Positions 19,257 through 27,009 are shown, numbered from the stretch's first letter. The stretch: 32,000 nucleotides of DNA from Delftia acidovorans NBRC 14950 (GCF_001598795.1 NZ_BCZP01000026.1:30001-62000), one strand, 5' to 3'. Notes: generated by a model from the sequence alone, not told the origin. Translations and numbers: made by a program.

Positions 19257-20227
19257 ACATGTCCCAGAACTTCCGCAAATTTTCCATTGCCGTGCACGGC
19301 GGCGCAGGCACCGTCATCCAGGGCCAGGCCGACGAGGCCCCCTACCACGCCGCGCTGGCCCAGGCGCTGGATGCGGGCGCCGCCCTGCTGCGGCGCGGCG
19401 CCAGCGCGCTGGACGCAGTCCAGGCTGCGTGCCAGTCCCTGGAAGACTGCCCGCTGTTCAATGCCGGGCGCGGCTCCGTCTACACGCGCGACGCGCGCCA
19501 CGAGATGGACGCCGGCCTGATGGACGGCAGCAACCTGCGGGCCGGCGCAGTCGCTTCCGTCAGCCAGGTGCGCAACCCGATTGCGCTGGCACGGCATGTT
19601 CTTGACGACGGCCAGTGCGTCCTCCTGGTCGGCGAAGGGGCGCAGAGGTTTGCCGATGAGCGCGGGCTGGCGCGGATGGATGCAGGCTACTTCGACTCTG
19701 CCGAGCGCCTGGCACAGCTGCGCCGGGTGCAGGCGCAATCCGGCCAGACCGCGCTGCTGGACCACGACGCAAGCGGACTGGCGGCGCACCCTGCTCCGCT
19801 GAACGAGAACGGCAAGATGGGCACGGTCGGCGCCGTGGCGCGCGATGTGCATGGCAACCTGGCCGCCGCGGCATCCACCGGCGGGCTGACCAACAAGCGC
19901 CCCGGGCGCGTGGGCGACACGCCCGTGGTGGGCGCAGGTTTCTACGCCGACAGCACCACCTGCGCCGTGTCGGCCACCGGAACCGGCGAGCATTTCCTGC
20001 GCGCAGCCATCGCGCACGACATCCATGCGCGCATGCGCTACCTGGGGCAAAACCTGGAACTCGCAGCCGACGCCGCAGTGCGGGGCACGCTGACACACAT
20101 CGGTGGCCAGGGCGGCGTGGTGGCCGTGGACAGCCACGGACGCGTGCACTGCCCCTTCAACAGCGCCGGCATGTACCGCGGCTACATCGTGGACGACGCG
20201 CCTGCCGTGACCCTGATTTTTGCCTGA
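19253..20227 (+). CDS. iaaA: isoaspartyl peptidase / L-asparaginase (plant-type, Ntn hydrolase)
   Basis: The ATG overlaps the permease stop (ATGA). Motifs IAVHGGAGT, the autoprocessing/nucleophile site GKMGTVGAVA, and PVVGAGFYAD are present. 324 aa. Confidence 0.88.
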   Translation: MNMSQNFRKFSIAVHGGAGTVIQGQADEAPYHAALAQALDAGAALLRRGASALDAVQAACQSLEDCPLFNAGRGSVYTRDARHEMDAGLMDGSNLRAGAVASVSQVRNPIALARHVLDDGQCVLLVGEGAQRFADERGLARMDAGYFDSAERLAQLRRVQAQSGQTALLDHDASGLAAHPAPLNENGKMGTVGAVARDVHGNLAAAASTGGLTNKRPGRVGDTPVVGAGFYADSTTCAVSATGTGEHFLRAAIAHDIHARMRYLGQNLELAADAAVRGTLTHIGGQGGVVAVDSHGRVHCPFNSAGMYRGYIVDDAPAVTLIFA

Positions 20228-20424
20228 TGGACGTTTTCGCCCCGGGTTGACCTGTGCCCACGCATTGCGGGCAACGAGGCGTAACAGCATCGGCATTGGC
20301 CCGCTACGCCCGTAAGCCTCTGTCAGGAAACGGATTTTTTCTCACCGCGCCAGAAATCTGTCTTCAAACTGACAGATCACCACCTCCGGGCTTGCAATTG
20401 CTTGCGTCCTGGGGCAATCCCTGA

Positions 20425-20451
20425 GTCAACCTGCAGCCACTTGCCCGCGTT
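20425..20451 (+). promoter_or_regulatory. ECF-sigma-like promoter box GTCAACC-N16-CGTT (copy A)
   Basis: GTCAACC at 20425-20431 and CGTT at 20448-20451. The same box with the same spacings recurs at 20648-20674. The AAC(-35)/CGT(-10) geometry is typical of ECF promoters. Confidence 0.4.
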
Positions 20452-20478
20452 GAACACGCAACAAAGGAGTGATTGCAC

Positions 20479-20595
20479 ATGACCGACATCTTTTCCCACA
20501 CCGCCCTGCAGACCCGCTTTGCAGCCGCTGCGCTGGCCCAAGCTGTCTGGCCATGGGATGACCGTGACCGCAAGCGCGCACCCCGCAACGCCTGA
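20479..20595 (+). CDS. small ORF A, 38 aa, unknown function (MTDIFSHTALQTRFAAAALAQAVWPWDDRDRKRAPRNA)
   Basis: AAAGGAG SD 9 nt upstream and GC3 about 70%. The C-terminal motif is shared with small ORF B and differs from it mainly by synonymous substitutions. Confidence 0.5.
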   Translation: MTDIFSHTALQTRFAAAALAQAVWPWDDRDRKRAPRNA

Positions 20596-20647
20596 AAACC
20601 GGGTCACAAAAAAGTTTCGACTTCCTTCGAAAATTTTTTAAAAACCT

Positions 20648-20674
20648 GTCAACCAGCTGAATCTGGCCCGCGTT
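20648..20674 (+). promoter_or_regulatory. ECF-sigma-like promoter box GTCAACC-N16-CGTT (copy B)
   Basis: GTCAACC at 20648-20654 and CGTT at 20671-20674. As in copy A, 27 nt separate CGTT from the ATG. Confidence 0.4.
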
Positions 20675-20701
20675 AAGAGAGCAATACAGGAGAAAGTTTC
20701 C

Positions 20702-20761
20702 ATGCAAACGACTGCCATCATGTCCATCTGGCCCGAAGACGAACGCGATCGCAAGCGCTGA
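20702..20761 (+). CDS. small ORF B, 19 aa, unknown function (MQTTAIMSIWPEDERDRKR)
   Basis: ACAGGAG SD 9 nt upstream. Paralogous to the tail of ORF A (WPxD[DE]RDRKR). A clean terminator follows. Confidence 0.45.
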   Translation: MQTTAIMSIWPEDERDRKR

Positions 20762-20843
20762 GGCGCTGGCTGGCGCACACGGTGCCCCAGTCTCTGACAC
20801 CACCGGTCTGACGGCCTTCCGTGCAGACCACCCTCTTCCACAG

Positions 20844-20870
20844 AACCCGCTTCAGCGGGTTTTGTCATTT
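20844..20870 (+). terminator. intrinsic terminator closing the small-ORF unit
   Basis: AACCCGC-TTCA-GCGGGTT followed by TTGTCATTT. Confidence 0.7.
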
Positions 20871-20896
20871 CTGGGACATTTGCCGCGGGGCTGCCC

Positions 20897-20924
20897 AACA
20901 AAAAAGGAGCCCGAAGGCTCCTTT
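20897..20924 (-). terminator. intrinsic terminator of phaB (pha operon)
   Basis: On the minus strand, AAAGGAGCC-TTCG-GGCTCCTTT is followed by TTTGTTG, giving an uninterrupted T6 run. It lies 22 nt after the phaB stop. Confidence 0.75.
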
Positions 20925-20945
20925 GCAGCGCGAACCCTTGCAGGC

Positions 20946-21683
20946 TCAATGCATGTGCAGGCCACCGTTGACCGAAAAATCGGCGCCGGTGGAATAGCCG
21001 CCTTCCTCCGAGGCCAGCCAGGCGATGATCGAAGCGATCTCGCTGGGCTCGCCCAGGCGCTTGACGGGGATGGTACCCACGATCTTCTCCAGCACGTCGG
21101 GACGGATGGCCTTGACCATGTCGGTGCCGATGTAGCCGGGGCTCACGGTGTTCACGGTCACGCCCTTGGTGGCCATCTCCTGCGCCAGCGCCATGGTGAA
21201 GCCGTGCATGCCCGCCTTGGCGGCCGAGTAATTGGTCTGCCCGGCCTGGCCCTTGGCGCCATTGACCGAGCTGATGTTGATGATGCGGCCCCAGCCCTTT
21301 TCCACCATGTCGCCCACGACCTGCTTGGTCACGTTGAACATGGAGTTGAGGTTGGTCTCGATGACGGCCTGCCAGTCTTCCGGCGTCATCTTGATGAACA
21401 TGCGGTCACGCGTGATGCCGGCATTGTTGACCAGCACATCGATGCTGCCGTGCTCGGCCTTGGTCTTGCTGAAGGCCTCGACGGTGGAAGCCCAGTCGCC
21501 CACATTGCCGACCGATGCATGGAAGTTGTATCCCAGCGCCTTTTGCTCGTCCAGCCACTTCTGGAAGTCGCGCGACGGACCGCAACCTGCGATGACCTTG
21601 AAGCCTTCCTTGTGCAGACGCTGGCAGATAGCCGTTCCGATGCCTCCCATTCCCCCTGTGACATACGCTACTTTTTGAGCCAT
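20946..21683 (-). CDS. phaB: acetoacetyl-CoA reductase (NADPH-dependent SDR)
   Basis: 245 aa. Motifs MAQKVAYVTGGMGGIGTAICQRL, NNAGITRD and the catalytic YSAAKAG are present. GGAGAG SD. Last gene of the phaCAB arrangement. Confidence 0.95.
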   Translation of the reverse strand: MAQKVAYVTGGMGGIGTAICQRLHKEGFKVIAGCGPSRDFQKWLDEQKALGYNFHASVGNVGDWASTVEAFSKTKAEHGSIDVLVNNAGITRDRMFIKMTPEDWQAVIETNLNSMFNVTKQVVGDMVEKGWGRIINISSVNGAKGQAGQTNYSAAKAGMHGFTMALAQEMATKGVTVNTVSPGYIGTDMVKAIRPDVLEKIVGTIPVKRLGEPSEIASIIAWLASEEGGYSTGADFSVNGGLHMH

Positions 21684-21895
21684 TCTTCTCTCCTGTCAAT
21701 CAATGGTTGCTTCAGATCAATCTATCCACGACAACCGGGGCATTGACTCCGGTTATCACCAAGGGTGCCTGAACCTCTGGGTCCGGCACCCCCGTATGGC
21801 TAGTATGCAGCGCGTGCGCTGCGCCTCTCTTCGGGCAGGCCCTAGGCAGGCCTAGGATCTACCCTGAAAGCTTGCTAACGTTTTCCCGGAGCCCT

Positions 21896-23077
21896 TCAGA
21901 CGCGCTCCACCGCCATGGCCACGCCCATGCCGCCGCCGATGCACAGGCCGGCCAGGCCCTTCTTGGCGCCGCTGCGCTGCATCTCGTGCAGCAGGGTGAC
22001 CAGGATGCGGGCGCCCGATGCGCCGATGGGGTGGCCGATGGCAATGGCGCCGCCGTTGACGTTGACCTTGGCGGGGTCGATGCCCAGCTCCTGGTTCACC
22101 GCACAGGCCTGGGCCGCGAAGGCTTCGTTCAGCTCGAACAGGTCCACGTCCTGCGCTGTCCAGCCCGCACGCTCCAGCGCCTTGCGCGAGGCGAACACCG
22201 GGCCCAGGCCCATGGTGGCAGGGTCCAGGCCGCTGGTGGCGTAGGAGACGATGCGTGCCAGCGGCTTCAGGCCCAGGGCCTTGGCCTTGGAGGCGCTCAT
22301 CACCACCACGGCGGCCGCGCCGTCGTTCAGGCCGGAGGCGTTGCCGGCCGTCACCGAGCCGGCCTTGTCGAAGGCCGGGCGCAGGCCTGCCAGGGCGTCG
22401 GCATTGGTCTTGCGGTTGATGTACTCATCGGCCGCGAACACCACGGGATCGCCCTTGCGCTGGGGAATGCTGACGGGAACGATTTCGTCCACGAACTTGC
22501 CTGCGTCCTGTGCGGCCGTGGCCTTTTGCTGGCTGGCCAGGGCCAGGGCATCCTGCTGCTCGCGGCTGACGCTCTTTTCCTTGGCCACGTTCTCGGCCGT
22601 GATGCCCATGTGGTACTGGTTGTAGACGTCCCACAGGCCGTCCACGATCATGGTGTCGGCCATCTTCCAGTCACCCATGCGCTGGCCGTCGCGCGAGCCC
22701 GGCAGCACGTGGGGCGACAGGCTCATGTTCTCCTGGCCGCCGGCCACGACGATCTCGCTGTCGCCCGTGGCCACGGCCTGGGCTGCCAGCATCACGGCCT
22801 TCAGGCCCGAGCCGCAGACGGCGTTGATGGTGAGGGCCGGGGTTTCCTTGGCAACGCCGGCCTTCATCATGGCCTGGCGTGCAGGGTTCTGGCCTGCGCC
22901 AGCGGCCAGCACCTGGCCCATGATGACTTCACCGACCTGGTCGGTGCCGACCTTGGCGCGGTTCAGTGCCTCGCGGATCACGATGGAGCCCAGTTCGGTG
23001 GCGGGGATCTTGGCAAGGGTGCCGCCAAACTTGCCAACGGCAGTACGGACAGCGGAAACGATGACGATGTCTTCCAT
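21896..23077 (-). CDS. phaA: acetyl-CoA acetyltransferase (beta-ketothiolase)
   Basis: Start at ATG 23077 ([19 protein letters not shown]). Thiolase motifs [31 protein letters not shown] and CIGGGMGVA are present. 393 aa. Confidence 0.95.
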   Translation of the reverse strand: MEDIVIVSAVRTAVGKFGGTLAKIPATELGSIVIREALNRAKVGTDQVGEVIMGQVLAAGAGQNPARQAMMKAGVAKETPALTINAVCGSGLKAVMLAAQAVATGDSEIVVAGGQENMSLSPHVLPGSRDGQRMGDWKMADTMIVDGLWDVYNQYHMGITAENVAKEKSVSREQQDALALASQQKATAAQDAGKFVDEIVPVSIPQRKGDPVVFAADEYINRKTNADALAGLRPAFDKAGSVTAGNASGLNDGAAAVVVMSASKAKALGLKPLARIVSYATSGLDPATMGLGPVFASRKALERAGWTAQDVDLFELNEAFAAQACAVNQELGIDPAKVNVNGGAIAIGHPIGASGARILVTLLHEMQRSGAKKGLAGLCIGGGMGVAMAVERV

Positions 23078-23200
23078 GATGACGGACCTTTCTTTGGACT
23101 CTTGAAGGGATGCCTGGGCGCACATTGCCGCAGTCGCGGCAGCGGCACCCTGCATTCAAGCCGCAGCGTTATTGCGCTGCAGCATCGAAACGATTGTGCC

Positions 23201-25093
23201 TCAGGCCTTGACCAGTACGTAGCGGCCTGGGGCCGGCTCGATGGCCGTGTATTCCCTGCCTTTGCCATACTGCTTTGGCGCTGCGACCAGCTTGCCGCCG
23301 TGCTCGGCCAGCCAGGGGCTCCAGTCGGCCCACCAGCTGCCCGGGTACTCGTCGGCGCCGGCCTGCCACTCCTTGAGGGTGGGCGGCAGTTGGCCGTCCT
23401 CGCGCAGCCAGTAGCTGCGCTTTTTCTTGGCCGGCGGATTGATCACGCCCGCGATGTGGCCCGACGCGCCCATCACAAAACGCTTGTCGCCGCCCAGCAC
23501 CTGGGTGGACGCATAGGAGCCGCCCACGGGCACGATGTGGTCCTCGCGCGAGCCATAGATATAGGCCGGCAGGCGCAGCTGGTGCATGTCGATGCGCTCG
23601 CCGCAGACGGTCAGCGCGCCGGGCTGGGCCAGCTTGTTTTCCAGGTAGAGGTTGCGCAGATACCAGGCGTAGTAGGGGCCGGGCAGGTTGGTGGAGTCGC
23701 TGTTCCAGTACAGCAGGTCGAACGGCGGGGGCGTCTCGCCCTTGAGGTAGTTGCCCACCACGTAGTTCCAGACCAGGTCGTTGGGCCGCAGAAAGCTGAA
23801 GGTGGACGCCAGGTCCTGGCCCTTCATGAGACCGCCCTCGCCCATCTGCATCTCACGGAAGCGCACCACGGATTCGTCGATGAAGACATCGAGGATGCCG
23901 GTGTCGCTGAAGTCGATGAAGGTAGTCAGCAGCGTGACGCTGGCCACGGGAAATGGCACGCCAGCTGGCGCCGTGGCGCGGGCTGTGGATGTGCGGGCGG
24001 CGCTGCGGCTGCCAGCCGCGCGCTTGGCCGCAGGCGCCTTGGCCGCCGGAGCGGCAACTGCGCCATGCTCGCGGTCGTGGCGCGCCTGCAGCACGGCCAG
24101 CGCGGTGGACAGCATGGTGCCGCCCACGCAAAAGCCCAGCACATTGATCTGCTCGGCTCCCGCGATCTCGCGCGCCACGCGGATGCCGGTGAGCACGCCG
24201 TCCTCGATGTAGTTGTCCCAGGTCTTGCGCGCCAGACTTTCGTCGGGGTTGCGCCAGCTCATCACGAAGGTGCGATGGCCCTGGCTGACGGCGTAGCGGA
24301 TCAGCGAGTTGTCGGGCTGCAGATCCAGGATGTAGAACTTGTTGATGCAGGGCGGCACCATGAGGAAGGGCCGCTCGTGTACCTTGTCCGTCAGCGGCTT
24401 GTATTCGATGAGCTGGAACAGCTCGTTCTCGAACACCACGGCGCCTTCGGTGGTGGCGACGTTCTTGCCCACGGTGAACAGGCTCTCGTCGGTCATGGAC
24501 ACATGGCCCTGGCGCATGTCGGCCAGCAGGTTGGCCACGCCCTGGGCCAGGCTCTCGCCTTGGGTTTCGATGGCTTTCTTCTGAGCCTCGGCATTGAGTG
24601 CCAGGAAGTTGCTGGGCGCCATGGCCGCCAGCCATTGCTCGATGGCGAAGCGCACGCGGTTGCGCGTCTTGTCATCGGCCTGCACGGCATCGGCCAGGCC
24701 CATGAGCATGCGGCTGTTGAGCAGATAGGTCGCAGCCGTGGCCGCCGTCAGCGGATTGCCGGCCCACGACTCGGTATTGAAGCGCTTGTCCTTGGCCAGC
24801 AGCGCCTGGGCGCCGCCCTGTTCGGCCATGGCCTTGGCACCATCCAGGTACTGGCGCTGCAGCTCCAGCAGCTTTTCGGGGTCCAGCGACAGCGCGTTCT
24901 CGGGCAGGGCGCCGGGTTCGGGGACGGCCGCTTTCCAGGCCTGGGCCATGTCCGGCATGCCTGGCATGCCCTGGGTTCCCGGAAGGCCTGGTTGCCCCAG
25001 CTGCTGCAGTGTCTGCAGCGTGCGGCTCCATTGCTCGTTCCAGAATTGCTGGACGGATTGGCCTGACAGGCCAGCGAGTGGGTCAAAATTCAT
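23201..25093 (-). CDS. phaC: class I poly(3-hydroxyalkanoate) synthase, with an Ala/Pro/Arg-rich insertion after the lipase box
   Basis: Start at ATG 25093 (MNFDPLAGLSGQS...). Lipase box GFCVGG, plus WNSDSTNLPG, GSREDHIVP and ASGHIAGVINPP. 630 aa. Confidence 0.95.
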   Translation of the reverse strand: MNFDPLAGLSGQSVQQFWNEQWSRTLQTLQQLGQPGLPGTQGMPGMPDMAQAWKAAVPEPGALPENALSLDPEKLLELQRQYLDGAKAMAEQGGAQALLAKDKRFNTESWAGNPLTAATAATYLLNSRMLMGLADAVQADDKTRNRVRFAIEQWLAAMAPSNFLALNAEAQKKAIETQGESLAQGVANLLADMRQGHVSMTDESLFTVGKNVATTEGAVVFENELFQLIEYKPLTDKVHERPFLMVPPCINKFYILDLQPDNSLIRYAVSQGHRTFVMSWRNPDESLARKTWDNYIEDGVLTGIRVAREIAGAEQINVLGFCVGGTMLSTALAVLQARHDREHGAVAAPAAKAPAAKRAAGSRSAARTSTARATAPAGVPFPVASVTLLTTFIDFSDTGILDVFIDESVVRFREMQMGEGGLMKGQDLASTFSFLRPNDLVWNYVVGNYLKGETPPPFDLLYWNSDSTNLPGPYYAWYLRNLYLENKLAQPGALTVCGERIDMHQLRLPAYIYGSREDHIVPVGGSYASTQVLGGDKRFVMGASGHIAGVINPPAKKKRSYWLREDGQLPPTLKEWQAGADEYPGSWWADWSPWLAEHGGKLVAAPKQYGKGREYTAIEPAPGRYVLVKA

Positions 25094-25234
25094 GCTGCAT
25101 CCTTGTTCGTGGATGCCATGCAATAGCCTGGGGCTTGCGGGGCATCCGTTTTGATTGTGACCCAGGCGAGCCCCGCCTTGCCCGGCACAGACCTCCACGA
25201 AAACCCGTGCCCCGCTCGTTTTTTTGGTTCGACC

Positions 25235-25570
25235 ATGTATCTCGTTGTTATCGCCTGGCTGTATGTCACTCTGATGATGGCAGTGGCCGAGGCCGCCAGC
25301 CCCACGGGCAGCATACTCGGCGCCGTGATCACGTTCGCACTCTATGGACTGCTGCCGCTGTCCATCGTGATCTACATCATGGGCACGCCCGCGCGCAAGC
25401 GAAAACGCCATGCACGCGAATTGGCCGAGCGCGAGGCCTGGCTGGCGCAGCAGCAGGCCTCGCAGAGCGGCCCCGGCACGCAGGCGCGCTCAGTCCTTCC
25501 AGATGCAGGCGGCGAACCGCCCGCTGCTGCCCAGGCGGGCAGCGTCGCGCCGGTGCGAAAAGAACCGTGA
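25235..25570 (+). CDS. small two-helix membrane protein, unknown function
   Basis: 111 aa from ATG 25235: MYLVVIAWLYVTLMMAVAEA...ILGAVITFALYGLLPLSIVIYIMG, then a basic patch ARKRKRHAR and a low-complexity tail. There is no clear SD, and the 3' end overlaps the convergent pgeF by 81 nt. Confidence 0.45.
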   Translation: MYLVVIAWLYVTLMMAVAEAASPTGSILGAVITFALYGLLPLSIVIYIMGTPARKRKRHARELAEREAWLAQQQASQSGPGTQARSVLPDAGGEPPAAAQAGSVAPVRKEP

Positions 25571-26347
25571 GCCGTTGAGCACCGTGCACCATGCGTCGCC
25601 GCCGTCATTGCCGTAGATGGCGGTGATGCCCAGCGCCGCCAGGCGCTGGCGCGCAAGCCCGGCCAGGTTGGCCAGGTACTTGGGTGCGCCCCCGCCCTCT
25701 TGCGGCACGGCGGTGAAATGCGCCCCGGCCGCCGCGTCATGCGCGATGAAGGCCGCGCGCACCTCGGCGCCCACTTCGAAGGAGCGCGGACCGATGCAGG
25801 GTCCGAGCCAGGCCAGGGTCTGCTGCGCCGCTTGCCCGGGCGGTGTCTGGATCTGGCCAGCTAAGCGCTCGAACAGCGTCTCCAGCACCCCGCCCGCCAG
25901 CCCGCGCCAGCCCGCATGGGCCGCGCCCACCACGGCACCGCTGCGATGGGCCAGCAGCACGGGCAGGCAGTCAGCCACCATGATGGTGCAGACCACGCCC
26001 GAGGCGCGGGTCACGCAGGCATCGAAGGCCTGGCCCTGCGCGCTGCCTGCATCCAGGGCCACGACATCCACGCCATGCACCTGCTGCAGGAACACTGCGC
26101 AGGCGCCGGGCGTATGGGCACGCACGATCTCCTGCAGCCGCTGGCGGTTGGTGCGGACGGCCTGCGGGTCATCGCCCACATGGTCGCCCAGGTTCAGGCT
26201 GCCCCAGGGCGCCGTGCTGACGCCGCCTTCGCGCGAGGTGCACAGCGCGTGAACGCCGGGCGGCGCGGGCCACTCGGGCACCAGCCAGGATGCGGGGATG
26301 GTGCCGGGGAGGTTGCCGGGGATGGAGTCAGGCCGGGCCGCGCTCAT
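25490..26347 (-). CDS. pgeF: laccase-domain / purine nucleoside phosphorylase-like protein (YfiH/PgeF, DUF152)
   Basis: Start at ATG 26347, overlapping the maiA stop (ATGA). Motifs QVHGVDVV, MVADCLPVLL, AHAGWRGLAGGV and FFSHRRD are present. 285 aa. Confidence 0.87.
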   Translation of the reverse strand: MSAARPDSIPGNLPGTIPASWLVPEWPAPPGVHALCTSREGGVSTAPWGSLNLGDHVGDDPQAVRTNRQRLQEIVRAHTPGACAVFLQQVHGVDVVALDAGSAQGQAFDACVTRASGVVCTIMVADCLPVLLAHRSGAVVGAAHAGWRGLAGGVLETLFERLAGQIQTPPGQAAQQTLAWLGPCIGPRSFEVGAEVRAAFIAHDAAAGAHFTAVPQEGGGAPKYLANLAGLARQRLAALGITAIYGNDGGDAWCTVLNGSRFFSHRRDAARLGSSGRFAACIWKD

Positions 26348-27009
26348 TCCGCGTCGGGGCAGGCCGAGGGATGGGCCTTCTGGAAGGCCGGCAGCGCCTC
26401 GCAGCGATCGACGATGGCCGCCAGGCGTGGCAGGCCGTCCAGGCTCACGTTGAAGCGGCGGCCGTTGAAGATCTGCGGCACCAGGCAACAGTCGGCCAGC
26501 GTGGGCGTGTCGCCCCAGCAAAACAGCGAAGGCGCCAGGCCTGCGGCCTCGCGCTCGGCGGCCAGCAGGTCCAGCTGGCGCTCGAAGGCCTCCAGGCCCG
26601 ATCGCACCCAATGCACGTACCAGCCGCTCTTGGCCTCGTCGGAGACACCCAGGTTGCGCACCAGGTACTTGAGCACGCGCAGGTTGTTGAGCGGATGGAT
26701 CTCGCAGGCCACCATCTGGGCCAGTGCGCGCACATGGGCACGGCCCAGGGCGTCGCGCGGCAGCAGCGGTATTTCGGCATGGGTCTCATCGAGATATTCG
26801 ATGATGGCCATGGACTGGGTCAGCCAGTGGCCGTCCTCGGTTTCCAGCGCCGGCACCAGCGCATCGCCGACATGCTGGGCATAGGCCGGCGCCCTGTGGT
26901 CGCCGCGCAGCAGGTGCACGGGTATGGATTCATAGTCCAGGCCCTTGATCTGCAGCGCAATGCGCACGCGGTAGGAGGCCGACGAGCGGAAGTAGGTGTG
27001 GAGCTTCAT
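26344..27009 (-). CDS. maiA: maleylacetoacetate/maleylpyruvate isomerase (GST zeta class)
   Basis: Start at ATG 27009. N-terminus MKLHTYFRSSASYRVRIALQIKGLDYE carries the zeta-class SSxxxRVRIAL signature. 221 aa. Confidence 0.85.
   Translation of the reverse strand: MKLHTYFRSSASYRVRIALQIKGLDYESIPVHLLRGDHRAPAYAQHVGDALVPALETEDGHWLTQSMAIIEYLDETHAEIPLLPRDALGRAHVRALAQMVACEIHPLNNLRVLKYLVRNLGVSDEAKSGWYVHWVRSGLEAFERQLDLLAAEREAAGLAPSLFCWGDTPTLADCCLVPQIFNGRRFNVSLDGLPRLAAIVDRCEALPAFQKAHPSACPDAE

Noticed and set aside
21872-25066. 1064-aa ORF on the + strand spanning the pha region
   Set aside because: It is antisense to phaA and phaC, which have unmistakable thiolase and synthase motifs. Its translation is Ala/Gly/Arg/His-rich low complexity. 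Long stop-free antisense frames are expected at this GC content.
25151-25234. 28-aa N-terminal extension of the small membrane ORF (ORF-track start at 25151)
   Set aside because: The extension is hydrophilic, has no SD, and would run across the divergent phaC promoter region. ATG 25235 begins directly at the first hydrophobic helix.
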